From a bacterium (lineage in GTDB: Bacteria; Patescibacteriota; Dojkabacteria; SC72): 64,000 nt of DNA. Numbering within the stretch: the stretch's first letter is position 1; each line of letters opens with the position of its first letter. The position numbers were made by a program, and so were the translations under genes. The notes below the pieces were generated by a model. It saw only the letters and a list, made by a program, of their open reading frames with translations, ran no database searches and had not been told where the DNA came from. The stretch covers positions 11,538-75,537 of the forward strand of contig JALHDC010000003.1 in assembly GCA_022840695.1 (NCBI GenBank), in the 5' to 3' direction. Positions 59,717 to 64,000 of the stretch are shown here, one piece after another.

Positions 59717-60740
59717 GGGCTAGCAACTCAAACAGTTGATGTCTGAGTGAAAAAATATTGGCGTAATTCGCGAAGGATAGCCAGGAGCGCACGGAGTCTG
59801 TAATCCCCGAAGAATTCGTTTTCTCCTTAATATTCTTCACAAATCGTAAAATTGTGCTTTTCCTAATAAGTTTATAGTGCCTGAACACTTTATAGCCCAG
59901 GAAAGATATCCCCTTCTCCACAGGGTATAGAGCCACCTTCTTCTTATGTAATTCCAATCGCAGCTCCCTCCTCAAGAATTCTCGCAAAATGCCCTCAAGT
60001 TCATGAAGTCTCCTCTTCTCATTACCCAAAATTAAAAAATCGTCCATATATCGGATATAATATTTCTCCCCCAGATCATGTTTAACAAATTGATCTAACT
60101 CATTCAAATACAAATTTGCAAAAAGCTGACTAGTCAAATTCCCAATGGGAATCCCCGTCTCACAAAAATTAAACAAATCATAATGAACCCTACGGGAAAA
60201 AGAACTCTTTATAATTTTTTCAACCAACCACAAAACATTAACATCCCTAACCTTCCTTCTTATCAAATCAAATAGTACTTGATGGTCAATACTATCGAAA
60301 TATTTAGAGATATCACATTTTAGACAATAAACGTTGCCCTCCCCCCAGCATTCTTCCGCAGATTGAATAAACTTATCCAAACGTTTAATTGCCTTATGAG
60401 TCCCTTTCCCTTTCCTACAAGCATAACTATCGTAAATAAATCCCCTATCAAATATCGGTTCCAAAACTGTACATAACGCATGATGAACCACCCTATCCCT
60501 AAAAGGCGCAGCCTTTATCTCCCTCTTTTTCGCATCATACAATGTAAATTGATAGTACTCCCCATGCTTATAAGCCTTATTCATTAAATCATCTTGCAAT
60601 TTCATTATTTCCCCCTCTACATCCCAAGAGAAATCCAAAACGTACTCTTTATACCTCTTACACTTTCGAGCTTTTAAATAAGCGCCGTAAAGGTTCTCAA
60701 AACTACACACATCTTCATAAAGATTCTTATACGTCTTCAT
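59697..60740 (-). CDS. diversity-generating retroelement (DGR) reverse transcriptase
   Basis: RT motifs FRDRVVHHAL, SYACRKGKGTHKAI, DISKYFDSIDH, DGR-type motif IPIGNLTSQLFANLYL (IGxxxSQ) and catalytic YMDD (YIRYMDDFLIL). 347 aa, with no maturase/endonuclease domains. TR lies 190 bp upstream. Confidence 0.85.
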   Translation of the reverse strand: MKTYKNLYEDVCSFENLYGAYLKARKCKRYKEYVLDFSWDVEGEIMKLQDDLMNKAYKHGEYYQFTLYDAKKREIKAAPFRDRVVHHALCTVLEPIFDRGFIYDSYACRKGKGTHKAIKRLDKFIQSAEECWGEGNVYCLKCDISKYFDSIDHQVLFDLIRRKVRDVNVLWLVEKIIKSSFSRRVHYDLFNFCETGIPIGNLTSQLFANLYLNELDQFVKHDLGEKYYIRYMDDFLILGNEKRRLHELEGILREFLRRELRLELHKKKVALYPVEKGISFLGYKVFRHYKLIRKSTILRFVKNIKEKTNSSGITDSVRSWLSFANYANIFSLRHQLFELLALDLLAI

Positions 60741-60928
60741 TCACCAATTAAAAAAGACCTATTAGCCCGAAACTGAACTTTCGCCTAAACTACTAGTACA
60801 ACTTCGGGGTACAGGTCTTAAATTTCTCCCTTTTAATTAAAATTTACTCGGGAAGGAAAAAGATCAGTATTCTTTTTGACCTTGGCTTGTATCCTTGGAT
60901 ACTTCACTCTAGTCTAGTACTCAAAGAG

Positions 60929-61047
60929 TACCACGCGCAACGGAACCCTATGTTACTGTTCGTATTAGATGGTACATTGTTAAGATTCATCGTAAATGCT
61001 CCTGCATTCGTTCCATTATTCCAATTACCACCCCGTTGAAGGGCGCT
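60929..61047 (-). other. DGR template repeat (TR), non-coding
   Basis: 117-119 bp almost identical to the 3' end of the gene 61489-62460. All 19 differences are at TR adenines (coding-strand sense). Confidence 0.85.
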
Positions 61048-61095
61048 GGCGATCTAATCCCCTGCCTCAATAAGGCACAAAATATATTGAAAGAA

Positions 61096-61431
61096 CTAAC
61101 TCACACTCTTTAACCAACCCCCTAACATCTTTCCTATTTCATTAATATGTCCCGATACAAACTCGTATTGGCGAATACTAATAAATTTAAAATCCTTACT
61201 TAGTCTTATCAATACCCTTAATTTATCTAACTTAGTACTTAGTCTTTTTAAGTAAAAAGCCTTATTCCTCTCAGAATTGGCCTCTATAATCCCCTCTAAA
61301 AGTTCTAGAGATGCATTTTCTATCTGTTGGCCTAAAACAAACCTCTGAGACTTAGGAAACTTGTTTATTGTCGGATACAACCACAAAATCAAATCGTAAG
61401 TTTTTTCAAAGATCGCTAAATTTTTGTACAT
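61096..61431 (-). CDS. avd: DGR accessory variability determinant (Avd-like four-helix-bundle protein)
   Basis: 111 aa. ..FEKTYDLILWLYPTINKFPKSQRFVLGQQIENASLELLEGIIEAN..KAFYLKRLSTKLDKLRVLIRL matches the Avd / four-helix-bundle family. Located between target gene and TR. Confidence 0.72.
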   Translation of the reverse strand: MYKNLAIFEKTYDLILWLYPTINKFPKSQRFVLGQQIENASLELLEGIIEANSERNKAFYLKRLSTKLDKLRVLIRLSKDFKFISIRQYEFVSGHINEIGKMLGGWLKSVS

Positions 61432-61433
61432 GA

Positions 61434-61463
61434 TTTTGAATCATTGTACACAATGATTCAAAA
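61434..61463 (-). promoter_or_regulatory. perfect 13-bp-stem hairpin/cruciform immediately downstream of the VR
   Basis: TTTTGAATCATTG-TACA-CAATGATTCAAAA. Position (about 25 bp 3' of VR) matches the hairpin element required for DGR mutagenic homing in the Bordetella phage model. Confidence 0.6.
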
Positions 61464-61488
61464 TCAATCAAATCATCAAATATCTACA

Positions 61489-61607
61489 CTACCACGCGCA
61501 ACGGAACCCCATGCCACTGTCCGCATAAGAAGGTACATAGGTAAGAGACATCGCAAATGCCCCCGCATTCGTACCACTACTCCAATTACCACCCCGCCGA
61601 AGGGCGC
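61489..61607 (-). other. DGR variable repeat (VR) at the 3' end of the target gene
   Basis: Aligns gap-free to TR 60930-61046 with 19 A-to-N substitutions. Encodes the C-terminal about 39 aa, ending GFRCAW*. Confidence 0.85.
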
Positions 61608-62460
61608 GTAATGCTGTAGTATTTCCTCCATAACGCTGATCATTAGTTGCTAGGGTATTTCCACATATACCGTCTGGGGTATTACAAGCTACCCAAACAG
61701 ACCAGTTATTTGCATATGGATAACTCTCATAGGTAAATCCATCTACCCTATCCCACACATTTCCTCCAAAGTCCCATACATACTCACCATTAGATAATTG
61801 GTATGTTCTTCTTTGACTATTCCAAGTCGTTATATTACATGTCTGCCCTGTCCCTGAGCAGGGATCATCATCTGTACTTGCCGCCAGTGAATTCCCTGGG
61901 GTACTATCACTATGTCCATCACTCATTTGCCCAGAACCTGCAGTACCTCCACTCCAGTTCCATCCTACCTGCTCAACATTTTTGGCTATCTGGAGCCACT
62001 CTCTTTCGGTAATTAAATGCTTGCCAGATGCTTCGCAGGCTGTCCTGGCATCGTATTGAGTAATAGAGACCCAAGGAGTCCCCGCTGCAACCGACACCGC
62101 AGCAGAACCACTCTGTTTAGCCTCATACTTGTCAACACAAAAACCCGTTCCACCGTTACCTGGTGGCACCGGAATCATCCCCGTCGGACAATTCGTCGGC
62201 CCCGATACAGTCTCCCCCGCCACACCCCGAATTCTATTCATCACAGCCCCCCAATCCCCCCACTCCCCCGATGAGTCACTCCCGACCCCCTCGTCCTTCA
62301 ATAACTCATAGATCTCCGTCAACCTCGAGGTCTTACCCGACTCCGGCGTCCCCACAAATTGCTCGGCAAACGTTGTTGCCCCAAGGAAGACTCCGAACAC
62401 CCCAAAGAAAAAGGCAGAGAAAATAAAGACGTAAAGCTTGTTAAACTTAGGCAATTTCAT
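61489..62460 (-). CDS. DGR target (variable) protein: secreted protein with C-terminal FGE-sulfatase/C-type-lectin-like fold
   Basis: N-terminal signal/anchor (MKLPKFNKLYVFIFSAFFFGVFGVFLGA). C-terminal RALRRGGNWSSGTNAGAFAMSLTYVPSYADSGMGFRCAW typical of DGR variable proteins. GC-rich relative to surroundings. Confidence 0.82.
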   Translation of the reverse strand: MKLPKFNKLYVFIFSAFFFGVFGVFLGATTFAEQFVGTPESGKTSRLTEIYELLKDEGVGSDSSGEWGDWGAVMNRIRGVAGETVSGPTNCPTGMIPVPPGNGGTGFCVDKYEAKQSGSAAVSVAAGTPWVSITQYDARTACEASGKHLITEREWLQIAKNVEQVGWNWSGGTAGSGQMSDGHSDSTPGNSLAASTDDDPCSGTGQTCNITTWNSQRRTYQLSNGEYVWDFGGNVWDRVDGFTYESYPYANNWSVWVACNTPDGICGNTLATNDQRYGGNTTALRALRRGGNWSSGTNAGAFAMSLTYVPSYADSGMGFRCAW

Positions 62461-62475
62461 ACTACTAATTAAACA

Positions 62476-62973
62476 TTACTCCTCAATACTTGTCAATCTC
62501 GCGTATAACCTATGTAAGACCTTTAGAGATCGCCTATTGATATATAACCATTTGTATTTACCCTTTTTCCTTACCAATCTAGCCTCCACCGGATTTTGCT
62601 TAAGATACTCTATCATATTCAGTAAGTCCTCATATCCATCTAATTTCCGAGCTTGAAAAGGATTCTGGAATACTGCCCCCAAAAGATTATATTTCCGATT
62701 GAAGTAGGAACAGTAGGCAGTCATAAACCTATGCATAAATTTTGATATATCGGAAACGCTGTTCCCCAATCTAAGTATCATATGATAATGATTGGGTATA
62801 AGACAGTACCCGACCAATACAATGTCATACTTTTTCAAATATTTAAGCATTAAATTGCAAAAGTGCTGATAATCCTTCTTTTCTTGGAATATCAAAGATC
62901 TCCTATGCCCTCTATTATAAATATGGTAGTACTTCTCTTTTTCATATAAATATTTGCACTTTGGTTTGCCCAT
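62476..62973 (-). CDS. second RAYT-like tyrosine transposase (IS200-like, COG1943)
   Basis: YHIYNRGHRRSLIF..YCLIPNHYHMILRL..RFMTAYCSYFNRKYNLLGAVFQNPFQARKL..YLKQNPVEARLV. REP-like element 43 bp upstream of its start. 15 bp upstream of DGR target gene. Confidence 0.78.
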   Translation of the reverse strand: MGKPKCKYLYEKEKYYHIYNRGHRRSLIFQEKKDYQHFCNLMLKYLKKYDIVLVGYCLIPNHYHMILRLGNSVSDISKFMHRFMTAYCSYFNRKYNLLGAVFQNPFQARKLDGYEDLLNMIEYLKQNPVEARLVRKKGKYKWLYINRRSLKVLHRLYARLTSIEE

Positions 62974-63016
62974 ATCTCTATTCTAGCAGGGGAAAATGAA
63001 ATTCCGATGAACTGAA

Positions 63017-63036
63017 GGTCTTACCTAGGTCTGACC
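63017..63036. repeat. REP-like 20-bp palindromic element (GGTCTTACC-TA-GGTCTGACC) followed by partial extra half-site TCTGACC
   Basis: Identical to copies at 45741 and 45803. Sits between divergent RAYT and M50 genes, abutting the -35 of the M50 promoter. Confidence 0.6.
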
Positions 63037-63038
63037 TC

Positions 63039-63067
63039 TGACCTCGGGAGGAGGATAGTGTTATAAT
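63039..63067 (+). promoter_or_regulatory. promoter for M50 protease gene: TGACCT-N17-TATAAT, leaderless transcript predicted
   Basis: TGACCT CGGGAGGAGGATAGTGT TATAAT. Start codon 63076 lies 8 nt after the -10. G-rich spacer as in the rpsU/rpmB promoters. Confidence 0.45.
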
Positions 63068-63075
63068 TTAGTATT

Positions 63076-63696
63076 ATGTTATCAGTTGAAACTATTTACT
63101 GGGTGGTTTTTGCGGTTCCGTCGATTTTGATTGCATCGACTATTCATGAGTATTCTCACGGGTTGGCAGCGTTTAAGCTGGGGGACCCAACGGCGAAAGC
63201 GGAAGGCCGTCTAACATTAAATCCCCTAGCCCATATCGACCCACTAGGCGCACTTTCAATGATATTTCTTAGATTTGGATGGAGCAAGCCAGTACCTATT
63301 AATGAGTATAATTTCGAAAGAAGGGAACTTGGAACAGCAATAACTGCACTAGCTGGACCACTCTCTAATATGCTAATAGCCCTGCTCATGGGTCTAATCA
63401 ATTTCGTTTTCAGAATTAATCCCTTCTCAATTTTAGGTTCCTTGCTCCTCACCTTCACTATGGTTAATCTAGGTTTAGCATTTTTCAATTTAATCCCAAT
63501 CCCACCATTAGATGGACATAAGATAGTAAGAGCTATATTGCCAAGGAAACTAAGATATTACTGGGAGGATTTGGAGAAATTCCGTATAGTATTGTTGATT
63601 ATAGTAATAGTACCAATAACCCCTCAGGGATCACTAGCATCCATATTTATTACCACAACTATAACAAAAAGTTTACAGTTACTAGGATTCCTCTAG
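63076..63696 (+). CDS. site-2 protease family zinc metalloprotease (peptidase M50B)
   Basis: HEYSHGLAA HExxH in TM helix. NLIPIPPLDGHKI LDG motif. 206 aa, polytopic. Confidence 0.85.
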   Translation: MLSVETIYWVVFAVPSILIASTIHEYSHGLAAFKLGDPTAKAEGRLTLNPLAHIDPLGALSMIFLRFGWSKPVPINEYNFERRELGTAITALAGPLSNMLIALLMGLINFVFRINPFSILGSLLLTFTMVNLGLAFFNLIPIPPLDGHKIVRAILPRKLRYYWEDLEKFRIVLLIIVIVPITPQGSLASIFITTTITKSLQLLGFL

Positions 63697-63756
63697 AATA
63701 GGCCTTATAGGCTCAAATATATTTGTATTACAACACTTTCTCAAGGTAAAATATAA

Positions 63757-63909
63757 GTGCTCTAGATGGAATCCTGTGGTTTCATAGCTCCATACAAAAG
63801 AGCTTAGGGATCCCAAACAGTAAAAATTACTTGGTCCCGTGGGACTGAGTTGCGGGAACCCACTTTAAATACAGAGCTCTATGACTCCACACCATCTAGA
63901 GCATTTTTT
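63757..63909 (+). ncRNA. candidate rod-shaped small RNA (or MITE-like element) of about 150 nt, closed by a 13-bp terminal stem and followed by U6
   Basis: 5' GUGCUCUAGAUGG pairs with 3' CCAUCUAGAGCAU; further pairing (UGUGG/CCACA, CAUAGCUC/GAGCUCUAUG) extends the helix. TTGTAT-N18-TAAAAT lies just upstream. TTTTTT at 63904-63909. Region is GC-richer than its flanks. Confidence 0.3.
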
Positions 63910-63959
63910 CTCTCATATTGACTATATTTTCTACATATATTAAACTTGCAACTGCGAAA

Positions 63960-64000
63960 GCCGAAGTAGCTCAGTTGGTCAGAGCAACTGTTTTGTAAAC
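63960..64000 (+). tRNA. tRNA-Thr (anticodon UGU), 5' portion; continues beyond right window edge
   Basis: GCCGAAGTAGCTCAGTTGGTCAGAGCAACTGTTTTGTAAAC: acceptor, D-arm and anticodon stem-loop with UGU readable. Confidence 0.6.

Noticed and set aside
61803-62426. several plus-strand ORFs with Pro/Arg/Ser-rich translations
   Set aside because: Antisense to the GC-rich DGR target gene. The composition is an artefact of reading a GC-rich coding region in the wrong strand.
63757-63909. SRP (4.5S) RNA, tmRNA or RNase P RNA
   Set aside because: No conserved SRP domain IV motif (AGGUCAGG/GGAAG), no tRNA-like or ORF features of tmRNA, and far too short for RNase P. Kept only as an unclassified candidate sRNA or MITE.
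1-64000. alternative genetic code (UGA recoding, as in some CPR lineages)
   Set aside because: Long conserved genes (dnaB, topA, mfd, dnaX, cysS) are intact under standard stops in the provided ORF track. There is no evidence of in-frame UGA.

Overview
The window is AT-rich and gene-dense, with short intergenic spacers, overlapping genes and many co-directional housekeeping genes on the minus strand. The gene content and organisation resemble a small-genome, probably monoderm, Candidate Phyla Radiation-type bacterium; this is inference from gene content only. All long ORFs are intact under the standard stop codons, so I found no sign of a recoded genetic code.

Core content I could read:
- Replication and repair: dnaB, ssb, dnaX-ybaB-recR, topA-dprA, radC, mfd, rnhC.
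- Translation: rpmE-prfA-prmC, rpsF-ssb-rpsR, rpsU, rpsB-tsf-frr, rpmB, cysS, pth, ybeY, yqeY, ychF, cca.
- Cell envelope: mreB-mreC-mreD-PBP2, an LCP protein, HtrA, CtpA, RseP, a second M50 protease, a GT2 glycosyltransferase with a sugar nucleotidyltransferase.
- tRNAs: tRNA-Leu(CAA), tRNA-Ser(UGA), and a partial tRNA-Thr(UGU) at the right edge.

The most striking feature is a complete diversity-generating retroelement (DGR) at 59.7-62.5 kb, all on the minus strand.
- It has a reverse transcriptase carrying the DGR-type IGxxxSQ motif.
- It has an Avd-like four-helix-bundle gene.
- Its 117-bp template repeat (TR) is matched by a variable repeat (VR) at the 3' end of a compositionally distinct, GC-richer gene.
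- That gene encodes a secreted protein ending in GFRCAW, as in FGE/C-type-lectin-fold DGR targets.
- TR and VR differ at 19 positions, every one a TR adenine on the coding strand.
- A perfect 13-bp hairpin sits just downstream of the VR.

Other notable items:
- Two RAYT-like (IS200/COG1943) tyrosine transposase genes.
- A family of about 20-bp palindromic REP-like elements (GGTCTTACC-TA-GGTCTGACC) in intergenic regions.
- A 2 x 96-bp tandem duplication.
- A recurring promoter architecture, including apparently leaderless starts.
- An AMP phosphorylase and ribose-1,5-bisphosphate isomerase pair; no RuBisCO is present in the window.
- A four-gene secreted/anchored surface-protein operon.
- A cysteine-rich LPETG-bearing surface protein.
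- An S2 protein with a C-terminal helix-hairpin-helix extension.
- A candidate rod-shaped small RNA (or MITE) of about 150 nt.
- A VirB4/HerA-like ATPase that runs off the left edge.
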